From: Desulfatiglans sp.
Lineage (GTDB): Bacteria > Desulfobacterota > DSM-4660 > Desulfatiglandales > HGW-15
Reading direction: 5' to 3'
DNA: 64,000 nucleotides
NCBI GenBank assembly: GCA_012513605.1
Contig: JAAZBV010000037.1
Span: forward strand, 29,027 to 93,026
Positions 1 to 9,338 of this stretch are shown here, piece by piece. Position 1 is the first letter of the stretch; each line of letters opens with the position of its first letter. The notes beneath the pieces are model-generated. The model was not told the origin of the DNA, did no database searches, and saw only the letters and a program-made list of their open reading frames with translations. The translations under genes and the position numbers were made by a program.

Positions 1-459
1 AATTAAATATACAGTATCATCCTTGCTCAGGATAATATTCTTATCCTCACTGGCAAAGAGTGTACCCCATGTGTCTATTTTTTCAGACGAATAAAAACCC
101 ATTTTATCGATATTTATAATCCCACGAATATCAATACCCATGACAGGTGAAGGTTTTTCTGTCTTTGGAACCTCCGGCACTGTTTTTTCCGGTTGGGCTA
201 AAAGCTCAGACATCTCATAGAGGGTGATTACATCACCTGGGATAAGAAGGTGGGGGTTTGTAATAAAGCTGTTCATTTCCCACAATTTTGGCCACACGCT
301 GGTGTCACCATAGTAACGCTCGCATAAATCCCATAATGTATCGCCTTTAATGACGGTATGAGTCATTTTTTCAGCGGCTATGGAAAGAGGGGAATAGAGT
401 ATTGCTGTGACAAAAAAGAACAATGATAATTTGAATAACTGGATTTTTATCTTTTTCAT
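1..459 (-). CDS. LysM domain-containing secreted protein (5' part only; gene runs off the left edge)
   Basis: Absent from the ORF track because it is open to position 1. Manual translation from ATG 459..457 gives MKKIKIQLFKLSLFFFVTAILYSPLSIAAEK (signal peptide), then HTVIKGDTLWDLCERYYGDTSVWPKLWEMNSFITNPHLLIPGDVI, a textbook LysM motif. Confidence 0.75.
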   Translation of the reverse strand, partial: MKKIKIQLFKLSLFFFVTAILYSPLSIAAEKMTHTVIKGDTLWDLCERYYGDTSVWPKLWEMNSFITNPHLLIPGDVITLYEMSELLAQPEKTVPEVPKTEKPSPVMGIDIRGIINIDKMGFYSSEKIDTWGTLFASEDKNIILSKDDTVYLI

Positions 460-668
460 AGGTGAATATCCTGTAATTATTTGGATTTTTGATAAATTAC
501 ATCTTTCAGTGATTATTGTCAAACGATTTTTATCCTGAATTAGTTCAAGTTAATTTGTTTTAAGTAATATTTTACTATACGATTCATATCCCCGCTTTAT
601 TACTTTGCTAAAAGTGTGTATACTGACAGGGAAAATGCAAAATTGATGCCTGAAAGGAGGATTTAAAC

Positions 669-1652
669 ATGATATTTATAAACAGACGGGAGTTTATTTA
701 CACCTCAATGATCGGGATTGCTGGTATTTCCCTGAATGTGCCTGCCTTTGGAATAAAAAAAGTAGGCAAGGAGAAAGTATCGCTTGTTAAAACCGGTGAT
801 CGTAATAAAGGTGTGGAGAAGTCAATTGGGTTAGTCGAATTTCCATCCATGAAGGGCAAAAAGGTATTTATTAAACCAAATTTTAATACATCTGACCCTG
901 CACCCGGTTCCACCCACAATGATGTTTTGTCTTCACTTGTTAAGGAGATAAAGAAAAGAGAGGCCTTAAAGGTAACAGTTGGCGACAGGTGCGGCCCTGG
1001 CGACACACAGAAGGTTATGGAGGCAAAGGGGATATTTGCCCTTGCCAGGGACGAGGGTTTTGAAGTCATTAATTTTGAAAAGATGAATGAAAAGGAGTGG
1101 GTTATTATTAATCCTCCGGGTTCTCACTGGGAGGGTGGTTTTTTAATGGCCCGTCCCATTGTTGAATCTGAATATACAGTCACAACAGGCTGTATAAAAA
1201 CTCATGGTTATGGCGGCCATTTTACCATGTCCATGAAACTCTCTGTAGGCGCTGTCCACAAAAAACATATGTTTCCGCAACTGCATAACTCACCTGATAT
1301 GCGCAAGATGATAGCTGAAATAAATCTCGCATACAGGCCGGAGCTTATTGTTCTTGATGGTGTTGAGGTATTTACAGACGGCGGCCCAATGGAGGGGCAA
1401 AGAAAAAAGGCAGATGTAATAATTGCAGGAACAGACAGGGTTGCAATTGATGCTGTTGGCCTTGCAATCTTAAAGGAGCAGGGTTCCAACCCGCAGATTA
1501 TGGGGAAAAAGATATTTGAACAGGATCAGATGAAGCAGGCAGTGGAAATTGGGTTAGGGGTTTCAGGCCCTGAAGAGATAGAGATCGTGACAGATGATCC
1601 AGCCAGCAAGGCATATGCGAACAGGATAACTGACATATTAATGAAAGGTTAA
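669..1652 (+). CDS. DUF362-like protein with twin-arginine-type signal peptide
   Basis: 327-aa ORF. The N-terminus MIFINRREFIYTSMIGIAGISLNVPAFG has an RR-x-F-I motif plus a hydrophobic stretch. VFIKPNFN...GDR and CIKTHGYGG resemble DUF362 as I remember it. GGAGG lies upstream of the ATG. Confidence 0.65.
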   Translation: MIFINRREFIYTSMIGIAGISLNVPAFGIKKVGKEKVSLVKTGDRNKGVEKSIGLVEFPSMKGKKVFIKPNFNTSDPAPGSTHNDVLSSLVKEIKKREALKVTVGDRCGPGDTQKVMEAKGIFALARDEGFEVINFEKMNEKEWVIINPPGSHWEGGFLMARPIVESEYTVTTGCIKTHGYGGHFTMSMKLSVGAVHKKHMFPQLHNSPDMRKMIAEINLAYRPELIVLDGVEVFTDGGPMEGQRKKADVIIAGTDRVAIDAVGLAILKEQGSNPQIMGKKIFEQDQMKQAVEIGLGVSGPEEIEIVTDDPASKAYANRITDILMKG

Positions 1653-1659
1653 TAAAATA

Positions 1660-1686
1660 GGGTAGACACGCTGGTCTACCCCTACA
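1660..1686. repeat. GC-rich palindromic hairpin (gggtagac-acgctg-gtctaccc-ctaca) between convergent genes; REP-like, possible bidirectional terminator
   Basis: 8-bp perfect stem read directly, followed by ctacaatcttttt. It belongs to the gtagggg...cccctac style family seen at 6700, 32123, 38863, 52047, 52100 and 60931. Confidence 0.5.
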
Positions 1687-1884
1687 ATCTTTTTAAAATA
1701 GGATATCTGGTTCCTGCGGTCTCTGTGGGGACCAATTGTTAAGGCTCTCTGCGCTGAATCCGGTCAACTATAAATTAACTGACGTAGTTACTAAAACAAT
1801 GAATTCTCAAATAAATCGTGGGGAGCATGAAATATTTGCGGACATAAACCCCTGAAAAAGTTCCAGAGATTTAGATATCTTTAC

Positions 1885-2325
1885 CTAAAAATTATCCTGT
1901 TTACATGCTTGGGTAAATCTCTTCATGATGCTTGATGCATGAGCGGTTTCTTTTACTGTCATCATTATTTCATCAATATTGCGGCCTGATGCCTTTACAT
2001 CATCTGCCTGGTTTAGAATGTATGCCTTCATGATATCCGTGTTGTATTCCGGGTGGAACTGCACACCCCATGCAGAGGTTCCTATTCTTATGGCATGGTA
2101 AGGTTCAAAATCATTTGAAGCAAGTATGGTTGCTCCTTGTGGAATCATGATGGCTGATTGTGCATGAGTTACATGAACAGGGATTGATGATGGCATATCT
2201 TTAAAAAGGGGGTCTTTGTCGGCTTCAGAGGAAAGAGTTATTTCAACTGTGCCTATCTCCTCACCCTTTGGATGAAAACTGACCTTTCTACCACCAATAG
2301 CCTTGATAACATAAATACTTTTCAT
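1885..2325 (-). CDS. Class I glutamine amidotransferase-like fragment (N-terminally truncated, likely a gene remnant)
   Basis: 146 aa ending with AWGVQFHPEYN (His/Glu of the GATase1 triad). It starts where GuaA-like GATases have already passed the nucleophile-Cys strand. Only 17 nt separate it from the upstream gene's stop. Confidence 0.55.
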   Translation of the reverse strand: MKSIYVIKAIGGRKVSFHPKGEEIGTVEITLSSEADKDPLFKDMPSSIPVHVTHAQSAIMIPQGATILASNDFEPYHAIRIGTSAWGVQFHPEYNTDIMKAYILNQADDVKASGRNIDEIMMTVKETAHASSIMKRFTQACKQDNF

Positions 2326-2342
2326 CTATTTTAAAAATCCTT

Positions 2343-3461
2343 TTAAATCTCTTTTTCCCTTTCATTTTTTTCTGCAACACAATAGATACCGCCCTCTTCA
2401 GCACCCGGTTTAAAGCACCTGTTGCAGGATATGCATCTGGCCTTTGTGGTGTCACCACTTTTCCACCTTGCTGCAAGGTCAGGTTCCCTGATTAGCGGTC
2501 TTGACATGGTAACATAATCGATCGCATCCTCTTTTACAGCCTTTTCACAGATCTCATATGACCTGAAACCTCCAACAACCATGACAGGGCAGTTGACAAT
2601 TTTTTTAACCTCTCTGGCATATGGCATATTCCATGCCTCTTTTTCAGGCCTGTTTACCCTCATCCTTAATGGGCCATATTTTATACCCGAGGCGCTGTTG
2701 CCCGATGATACCTCTATGGCGTCAATACCAGCATCAGAGAGCCTTTTTGCCACATATAAACCATCATCGATCTGGAGACCTCCATCCATATTATCCGCGC
2801 AATTCATCTTGATCATTACCGGAAAATCATCGCCCACATTTGCCCTTACCTTCTGGTAAACCTCAATAACAAATCTGCTCCGGTTTTCTATCTCTCCGCC
2901 GTATTCATCTTTTCTCAGGTTTGCATGGGGTGACATGAACTGGTTTAAAAGATACCCGTGTGCAGCATGGAGCTGTACAGCATCAAAACCATACTCCCTT
3001 GCACGGTATGCGCCTTCACCAAAGGCATTAATCAATTCCTTTATTTCTGTGAAAGATAGGGCTCTCGGTTTTGCCTGGTAATGGGCCACCATAACGGCTG
3101 ATGGCGCAACCAGTTCACCTCCTGCATTATCAGGTATGGCCTGCCCACCTGCATGCACAAGCTGGATGGCAATGGTTCCTCCTGCATCATGAACGGTTTT
3201 AACAACCCTCTTATACTCCTCTTTAAATGCATCGCTGTTTATTCCAAGTGCACCTGCAAGTTGTTTTCCTTCAGGTCTGACAAATGTATAACCAGATATC
3301 AGGAGCCCGATGCCACCATCTGTAAGCCCCCTATAGAGGCTTATAAGTTTTTCAGTTGGCCTGCCATCTGGGTCACACATACCTTCCCATGTGGCAGACC
3401 TCACAAGACGGTTCTTTATCTTTAAACCTTTAATACCGGTTTCCTCAAATATTGTTGTCAT
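2343..3461 (-). CDS. NADH:flavin oxidoreductase, Old Yellow Enzyme family
   Basis: 372 aa. Contains QLHAAHGYLLNQFMSP and YGGEIENRSRF motifs and a C-terminal Cys cluster (CISCNRCF...YC), as in the 2,4-dienoyl-CoA reductase-type N-terminal domain. Confidence 0.85.
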   Translation of the reverse strand: MTTIFEETGIKGLKIKNRLVRSATWEGMCDPDGRPTEKLISLYRGLTDGGIGLLISGYTFVRPEGKQLAGALGINSDAFKEEYKRVVKTVHDAGGTIAIQLVHAGGQAIPDNAGGELVAPSAVMVAHYQAKPRALSFTEIKELINAFGEGAYRAREYGFDAVQLHAAHGYLLNQFMSPHANLRKDEYGGEIENRSRFVIEVYQKVRANVGDDFPVMIKMNCADNMDGGLQIDDGLYVAKRLSDAGIDAIEVSSGNSASGIKYGPLRMRVNRPEKEAWNMPYAREVKKIVNCPVMVVGGFRSYEICEKAVKEDAIDYVTMSRPLIREPDLAARWKSGDTTKARCISCNRCFKPGAEEGGIYCVAEKNEREKEI

Positions 3462-3469
3462 AAATTACT

Positions 3470-4568
3470 CTAACGTTTCATCCTGAGATAGGCATCAATA
3501 AAAGTGTCAATATCACCATCCATGACCTTTTCAAGGTTACCAACCTCTTCGTTTGTCCTGTGATCTTTAACCATTCTGTAAGGGTTAAACACATATGACC
3601 TTATCTGGCTTCCCCAGGCAATATCCTTCTGGTTCTGGTGCATCTCCTGTTTCTTTTGATCCTGCTTGCCTTTTTCAAGGTCATACAGCCTTGCTTTCAG
3701 TACCATCATTGCCATCTCTTTGTTCCTGTGCTGGGATTTTTCATTCTGGCACTGCACAACAGTATTTGTTGGAATATGTGTTATCCTGATTGCTGAACTT
3801 GTCTTGTTAACATGCTGCCCGCCAGGCCCGCTTGCCCTGAATGCATCGATCCTGAGGTCCTTTTCATCTATCTTGATATCTATGTCTGTGTCAACCTCAG
3901 GGATAACTGAAACAGATGCAAATGTGGTGTGCCTTCTGCCTGTTGCATCAAAGGGTGATATCCTGACCATGCGGTGAACCCCGTGTTCAGCCTTCATGAA
4001 TCCGTATGCATAGGGGCCTGATGCAGAGAATGTGACACTCTTTACCCCTGCCTCATCGCCAGGCATGTAGTCAATTACCTCGGTCTTATACCCTTTTGAT
4101 TCACACCATCTCAAATACATCCTGTAGAGCATTTCAACCCAGTCCTGTGACTCCGTTCCCCCTGCGCCTGCATTAATTGATACTATGCTGTTTCTTCTAT
4201 CATCAGGATCACTCATAAGACACTGAAGATCAAGACTTTTCACCCTTTTCTCCAGACCGGTTATATCCCTTTTAAATTCCTCAATCGACTCCTTATCATC
4301 TTCTTCAGAGGCGAGCTCAATAAGCATGGATATATCCTCTGTTTCCTTTTTTAAACCTTCCCAGTTGTCTATGGTATCCTTAAGATTTGACCGTTCCTGA
4401 GATATGCGTGAGACCTCCTCCTGGGGCTTGTCCCAGAAACCCTGTTTTGACATGATTGCATCGAGCCGTTCAAGCTCCAATATTTTAGAATCCAGGTCAA
4501 AGATGACTCCGAAGCATGACAAGGATTTCATTGAGTGTATCTAGTTTTTCTTTAAGATCATTTTCCAT
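3470..4568 (-). CDS. prfB: Peptide chain release factor 2, requires programmed +1 frameshift
   Basis: Main frame carries SPF and GGQ motifs. The short upstream frame from ATG 4568 reads MENDLKEKLDTLNEILVMLRSHL then TGA (4499..4497). The sequence GGAG-tcat-CTT TGA C is the canonical RF2 autoregulatory shift site. Skipping T4499 joins to DLDSKILELERL... Confidence 0.95.
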
Positions 4569-4869
4569 AATTTTTTTCTCCTTCACATATAGTATAAATG
4601 CAAAAAGAAGATAACACCAAAAGAAATGATAGTAAAGTGAATGATAAGTGACAACAGGGTTAGGAATATCTTGTTGAATTCCAGTGTCCCCTCCCCTCCG
4701 AGGCGTTCAGGCGGTTTTCCCGCGCACGGCGATCCAGTCGGCAGTCCATCTGTTACAGGATTGGCTGACCTCTGAAAGGACCGAGTTTAATGAGAATAAC
4801 ACCTTCTCTGAAAAAAAGGCATTCAGCGGGCGCTGATGATCTAGGCCTATACCTGGCCCCCTGCTTTAA

Positions 4870-6171
4870 TTACCTCATCATCCCAGGCAATAAAAGCACA
4901 ATATCCGGGAATATGGTGAGGATTACCAGCCCCAGGACTACGGCAATTAGAAATGGTATGATACCCTTGAAGATTGTATGCAGTTCAATATCACGGGCTA
5001 TCCCCTTTATCACAAACACGTTAAGACCAACAGGCGGTGTTATGGCCCCTGCCTCAAGCAGTATGACAATCATCACCCCGAACCATATGGGGTTAAAGCC
5101 TGCCTTTATAATCACAGGGTAAAAAATATTGATGGTTATGATCAGAAAAGAGAGGGAGTCCATTATGCACCCACCTACAAGGTAGATAACCATAACACAC
5201 AGTAAAACAACATAGGGTGAGGCATTAAGCCCTCGCACCCACTCTGCAAGGGCCTGGGGCAGACCGCTTATTGTAAGAAAACGGCTGAAGATCATTGCAC
5301 CCGCAACTATTAGAAGCACCATTGCTGATGTACGGGTGGTGTTTGTTATGGCGCTCTTAAAACTTGCCCAGCTTAAACTGCGCCTGATAAGACCTATCGC
5401 TATGGCCCCGGCAGCGCCTATGCCTGCTGCCTCTGTCGGGGTGAACCATCCCATTAAGAGCCCACCTATGACAAGCAGAAAAAGGAGTATCATCTCAGTT
5501 GTACCTGATAATGACCTGATCTTTTCTTTTAGATTGGTTTTTGCTGCGGGTGCACCAAGAGAAGGTTTGATAATGCACATAGTTAATATTATCCCGATAA
5601 AGAGCATAGAGAGCAGTAGACCGGGCAATATTCCGGCAACAAACAGCTTACCAATGGAAACCTCTGTCTGTATCCCATACACAATAAGCACAATACTGGG
5701 GGGGATTAGTATGCCCAGAGTACCTCCGGCTGCTACTGTTCCAGCAGCTAAAGAGAGGTCATACCTGTTCTTTTTCATTTCTGGCAGGCTTACAGTACCC
5801 ATTGTTGCGGCTGTTGCTGCGCTTGACCCGCATATGGCGGAAAATCCTGCACAGGCCCCTATTGTTGCAACAGCCAACCCCCCCGGTATAAAACCAAGCC
5901 AGGCATTGGCGGTATTATAGATCCTTTTACTTATCCCTGAATGGAAGGCTATCTCGCCCATAAAGACAAAGAGTGGAATAACCAGCATTGTATAAGAGCT
6001 AAACTGGGTATAGAAATTATCACTCAGGATAAAAAGCCCGCCATCAAATGACGTAAGGCATGCAAAGCCAAGGAACCCTGCCATGATCATGGAAAAGGCT
6101 ATGGGCATCCCCAGCAGCATGAGAAACACCATTACCAGGATACCCAGGAGGCCAATCATCTCTCCGCTCAT
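4870..6171 (-). CDS. dctM: TRAP transporter large permease (DctM family)
   Basis: Highly hydrophobic polytopic ORF. Preferred start is ATG 6171 (MSGEMIGLLGILV...), which forms an ATGA overlap with the dctQ stop. The ORF-track start at 6234 is probably an artefactual extension. Confidence 0.85.
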   Translation of the reverse strand: MSGEMIGLLGILVMVFLMLLGMPIAFSMIMAGFLGFACLTSFDGGLFILSDNFYTQFSSYTMLVIPLFVFMGEIAFHSGISKRIYNTANAWLGFIPGGLAVATIGACAGFSAICGSSAATAATMGTVSLPEMKKNRYDLSLAAGTVAAGGTLGILIPPSIVLIVYGIQTEVSIGKLFVAGILPGLLLSMLFIGIILTMCIIKPSLGAPAAKTNLKEKIRSLSGTTEMILLFLLVIGGLLMGWFTPTEAAGIGAAGAIAIGLIRRSLSWASFKSAITNTTRTSAMVLLIVAGAMIFSRFLTISGLPQALAEWVRGLNASPYVVLLCVMVIYLVGGCIMDSLSFLIITINIFYPVIIKAGFNPIWFGVMIVILLEAGAITPPVGLNVFVIKGIARDIELHTIFKGIIPFLIAVVLGLVILTIFPDIVLLLPGMMR

Positions 6172-6653
6172 TTTTCGCCTCCGGAGAGCATCCTGAGAAT
6201 GTCTGTAACAAGAACAAGGGTAAGGGCAAGGCAACCCAAAGAGACTATGGCAGCAAATGGCAATACCGGCATTCTTAATACCTCTGTCAGTTCACCTATC
6301 TCATAGACCCCTTTTGTATAAAGGATGGATTGCCATGTGATTATAAAAAAGAGTATCACACCCATGATATCCATAAGGGCCTTGATAATAAGTCCTACCG
6401 ACCCGGGAAGCCTGTCCAGTAAAATGGTTATGCGTATATGTCCCTTAACAACCTGGGTATAGGCAATAGCACATGCAATAACGAGCACACCCATCTGACT
6501 CAATATATCAACAGTGCCTTTCAAAGGAGCACCAAAAACACTTCGTCCTATAACGTTGATACATACTATTACCATAATGGCAATAACAGAGATACCTGCT
6601 ATCCAGTTGAGAAAGCGGGAAATGAAGTTTACTGTTTTTTCAAAAATAACCAA
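6168..6653 (-). CDS. dctQ: TRAP transporter small permease (DctQ family)
   Basis: 161 aa with four hydrophobic segments, lying between the DctP-like and DctM-like genes with a 4-nt overlap to dctM. Confidence 0.8.
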   Translation of the reverse strand: MVIFEKTVNFISRFLNWIAGISVIAIMVIVCINVIGRSVFGAPLKGTVDILSQMGVLVIACAIAYTQVVKGHIRITILLDRLPGSVGLIIKALMDIMGVILFFIITWQSILYTKGVYEIGELTEVLRMPVLPFAAIVSLGCLALTLVLVTDILRMLSGGEK

Positions 6654-6699
6654 GATCCGTTCCTTTCATATAGGTATAATCATTTCGCTGTTTACTAAC

Positions 6700-6776
6700 G
6701 TAGGGGCACTGCGCACCGTGCCTTTTAATCATACCCGGTACAATGCCACCACGGGCACGCTGCAGCGTGCACCTAC
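6700..6776. repeat. Inverted pair of GC-rich units (gtaggggcactgcgcaccgtgcc ... ggcacgctgcagcgtgcacctac) inside the dctP-dctQ intergenic spacer
   Basis: Read directly. The two arms are imperfect reverse complements separated by about 30 nt. Same family as the other gtagggg palindromes. Confidence 0.6.
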
Positions 6777-6818
6777 ATTCCTGACCATAGAGATATATAA
6801 AAACCCCTTAATACATGC

Positions 6819-7850
6819 CTAATAAATATTATTATACTTTTCAAGCAGCCGATTAAATTCATCAAGCCATTCCCTTGCAGGGAGCCCCCTGGCTGTAGTC
6901 TGTTCAAGCCATTCATCCATCATTGAGCTTAACAACTTCATCATCTTCGCCCTTTCTGCTGGTAAAATCTCTGTCATCTTTACCCCGTTCTCAACGGCAA
7001 ATGAGAGGCCGTCTTCTCCTGCCTTATGGGCAAAATTGCCTGCCCACTCACTGTGCTCCATCCTGATATCGTTTACTGCATTCTTAAGATAATCAGGCCA
7101 TAAATTGAACCTCTTTTCATTAACGATTGTAAACATCACAGCAGCCGGCGCCGGAAATGAGGTAATATAATCGATTACCTCATTGAACCTGAAGGGTTTT
7201 ATTATCTCGAATGTGGTGTAATTGCCCTTTATGATATTTTTCTGAAGCGCCTCATATATCTCTGATACCGGCAAAAACACAGGTGAGGCGCCAAGTTTTT
7301 CAAGGGCCTGAACACCGGTCCCGGTTGACCTTATCTCTTTTCCCCTGAAGTCATCTATTGAGTTTACAGGAAACCTGCCAAAGAATCCTCCACCTTTTTC
7401 ACCAAGGCCGTTACAACTGAATGAGATGACCTTTACCCCCGCAAATTCCGGAGGGTCAAATTTGTTATACATATCCCAGGCAATAAGAACCGGCACCATT
7501 GTATGTTTGTACGGATGTGGATAATTGAGGAGTGCCATCATGGGGAACCTTTCTGGCCTGAAGGATGATGCATTCATCCCAACGTCCGCAACACCCCTTA
7601 ATATACCCTCTATGGTGTTTTTGCCTGTAAGCAGTGTTGCATTATAGAATGGCCTCACCTTTACCCTGTTTTGGGTACGGGTCTCTATCATCTCGATCCA
7701 TTTTTCCGTTGCCCTGCCCGGTGGTGAGGTTTGTGATGTCCAGTTGGTAAAGGTGAGTACTATTTCGGGTTTTTCCGCAAGAGCGTATCCCGGATTAAAT
7801 ATGACCCCAAAAAACAAGAGTACAACAGGCAACAAAAAAATTTTACGCAT
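6819..7850 (-). CDS. dctP: TRAP transporter solute-binding protein (DctP family)
   Basis: 343 aa with signal peptide MRKIFLLPVVLLFFGVIFNPGYALA. Size and position upstream of dctQM fit a DctP-type receptor. Substrate unknown. Confidence 0.8.
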   Translation of the reverse strand: MRKIFLLPVVLLFFGVIFNPGYALAEKPEIVLTFTNWTSQTSPPGRATEKWIEMIETRTQNRVKVRPFYNATLLTGKNTIEGILRGVADVGMNASSFRPERFPMMALLNYPHPYKHTMVPVLIAWDMYNKFDPPEFAGVKVISFSCNGLGEKGGGFFGRFPVNSIDDFRGKEIRSTGTGVQALEKLGASPVFLPVSEIYEALQKNIIKGNYTTFEIIKPFRFNEVIDYITSFPAPAAVMFTIVNEKRFNLWPDYLKNAVNDIRMEHSEWAGNFAHKAGEDGLSFAVENGVKMTEILPAERAKMMKLLSSMMDEWLEQTTARGLPAREWLDEFNRLLEKYNNIY

Positions 7851-8078
7851 TTTAATTACTGATCCTCTCTGGTTATGGGCTGTGGTTATATCCTAAAAGA
7901 GAATCTGAATCAACCTGTATGAAAGGTTTTGGTCATAATCCGGGGCGCCTGAACTGATAAGATTGAATAGCTTGATAACCAGCTTTTTCCCTTGCTTTTT
8001 CAGCCTATTAGCCTTATTGATAATCTTACGTTCAATACAGACAAAATATGCTGCATTTTTTGTATAGAAGGAGTTTTC

Positions 8079-9338
8079 ATGATTACCCGAATCCAAGCAA
8101 AGAATTACAGGTGCCTTCGATATATTGATCAGAAACTTGAGCCATTCCAGCTTCTGGTTGGCGCAAATGCCACAGGTAAGACAACCTTTCTGGATGTGGT
8201 TAATTTTCTAAGTGAATTAATCTCTTCAGGTGTTGAATCATCCATCAGGAATCGCTCTACATATCCAAAAGACCTTACCTGGAACAGGGCTGGTAAGGGA
8301 TTTGAACTTGCTATCGAAGCTGCATTTCCTCAAAAACTCCGTGATCTTCTTGCACATCCAAATTATACACACATTCGTTATGAGGTCGGTATTGATATTG
8401 ATATTGATGGCGAAGGAGTTGGCATTTCTGATGAGAGAGTATGGTTAATGAAAAACTCTAATGATCATCCGATACAGCGTAAACTCTTTCCTGAAAACAT
8501 ATTTGAGCCTGAAACAATCTTATTACCTAAAAAAGGAATTCGTTCAGGAGGAAGCAGACAACTGGTTGTAAGTAAAGTAATAGGTGGAAATGACAATTTT
8601 ACAGTTGAGACATCAAAAGGTTATAGTCCATCGTGGAAGCAGTCGCCCAAGAAATCTGCACTCGGAAATCTTCCTGCTGATGAATCAAGCTTTCCTGTTT
8701 CCTCATGGCTTAGAAACTTTCTAATGCAGGAAACACAAAGATTTGTACTTAACAGCGACTTGATCAGAAGGGCAAGTCCACCTGGGCAGAGTCGCGGATT
8801 TAAACCTGATGGATCGAATCTGCCTTGGGTTATTGAACAGATAGATATAAAAAGAATCAATAATTGGGTTAAGCATTTGCAAACGGCTTTACCTGACCTG
8901 AAAGATATCCGTACCGTTTTAAGAGAGGATGATAAACACCGTTATCTTGTATTGGAATATGCAAATGATCTTGAAATTCCATCCTGGCTTGCATCCGATG
9001 GAACACTTCGGTTGCTTGCTTTAACACTTCCAGCCTATCTTCCTGAATTCAATGGTATCTATTTGATTGAAGAACCGGAAAATGGCATTCATCCAAAAGC
9101 GGCTGAAACAGTATTCCAATCTTTATCTTCAGTTTATGATGCACAGGTACTCCTTGCTACCCATTCACCTGTACTGCTGAGTCTGATAAAGCCCAAAGAT
9201 TCAAGCAAAGTCCTTTGTTTTGCTAAAAGAGATGATGGCTCAACAGATATAATATCAGGAGATCGTCATCCTAAATTAAAGGAATGGCAAGGAGAACCTA
9301 ACCTCTCTGTATATTTTGCAGGAGGTGTACTGGGATGA
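8079..9338 (+). CDS. AAA/ABC-type (AAA_21/SMC-like) ATPase, candidate defence ATPase
   Basis: Walker A GANATGKTT, Walker B/D-loop IYLIEEPENGIHP, H-loop LLATHSP, with a long insert between them. Start chosen at ATG 8079 (MITRIQAKNYRCL...), preceded by GAAGGAG. ATGA overlap with the next gene. Confidence 0.8.
   Translation: MITRIQAKNYRCLRYIDQKLEPFQLLVGANATGKTTFLDVVNFLSELISSGVESSIRNRSTYPKDLTWNRAGKGFELAIEAAFPQKLRDLLAHPNYTHIRYEVGIDIDIDGEGVGISDERVWLMKNSNDHPIQRKLFPENIFEPETILLPKKGIRSGGSRQLVVSKVIGGNDNFTVETSKGYSPSWKQSPKKSALGNLPADESSFPVSSWLRNFLMQETQRFVLNSDLIRRASPPGQSRGFKPDGSNLPWVIEQIDIKRINNWVKHLQTALPDLKDIRTVLREDDKHRYLVLEYANDLEIPSWLASDGTLRLLALTLPAYLPEFNGIYLIEEPENGIHPKAAETVFQSLSSVYDAQVLLATHSPVLLSLIKPKDSSKVLCFAKRDDGSTDIISGDRHPKLKEWQGEPNLSVYFAGGVLG

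Noticed and set aside
4640-4800. GC-rich patch (ccagtgtcccctcccctccgaggcgttcaggcggttttcccgcgcacggcgatccagtcggcag...ggctgacctctgaaaggaccgag) in the otherwise AT-rich spacer between dctM and prfB. Considered as SRP RNA, 6S RNA, a riboswitch or a leader.
   Set aside because: I could not find the SRP domain IV consensus (GGUCCGGAAGGAAGCAGCC gives only a loose resemblance), a GNRA-capped helix, or any other motif I can name. Only short stems form. It may be a gene relic or an uncharacterised RNA. An Infernal/Rfam scan would decide.
7992-8078. Upstream extension of the ATPase ORF (MLFQPISLIDNLTFNTDKICCIFCIEGVF) and similar N-terminal extensions in the ORF track (6234, 13673, 14604, 18739, 37675, 39658, 58753).
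   Set aside because: In each case an internal ATG with a good Shine-Dalgarno sequence, or an ATGA/1-nt coupling to the preceding gene, gives an N-terminus matching the family or a signal peptide. The extensions overlap neighbouring genes or repeats.
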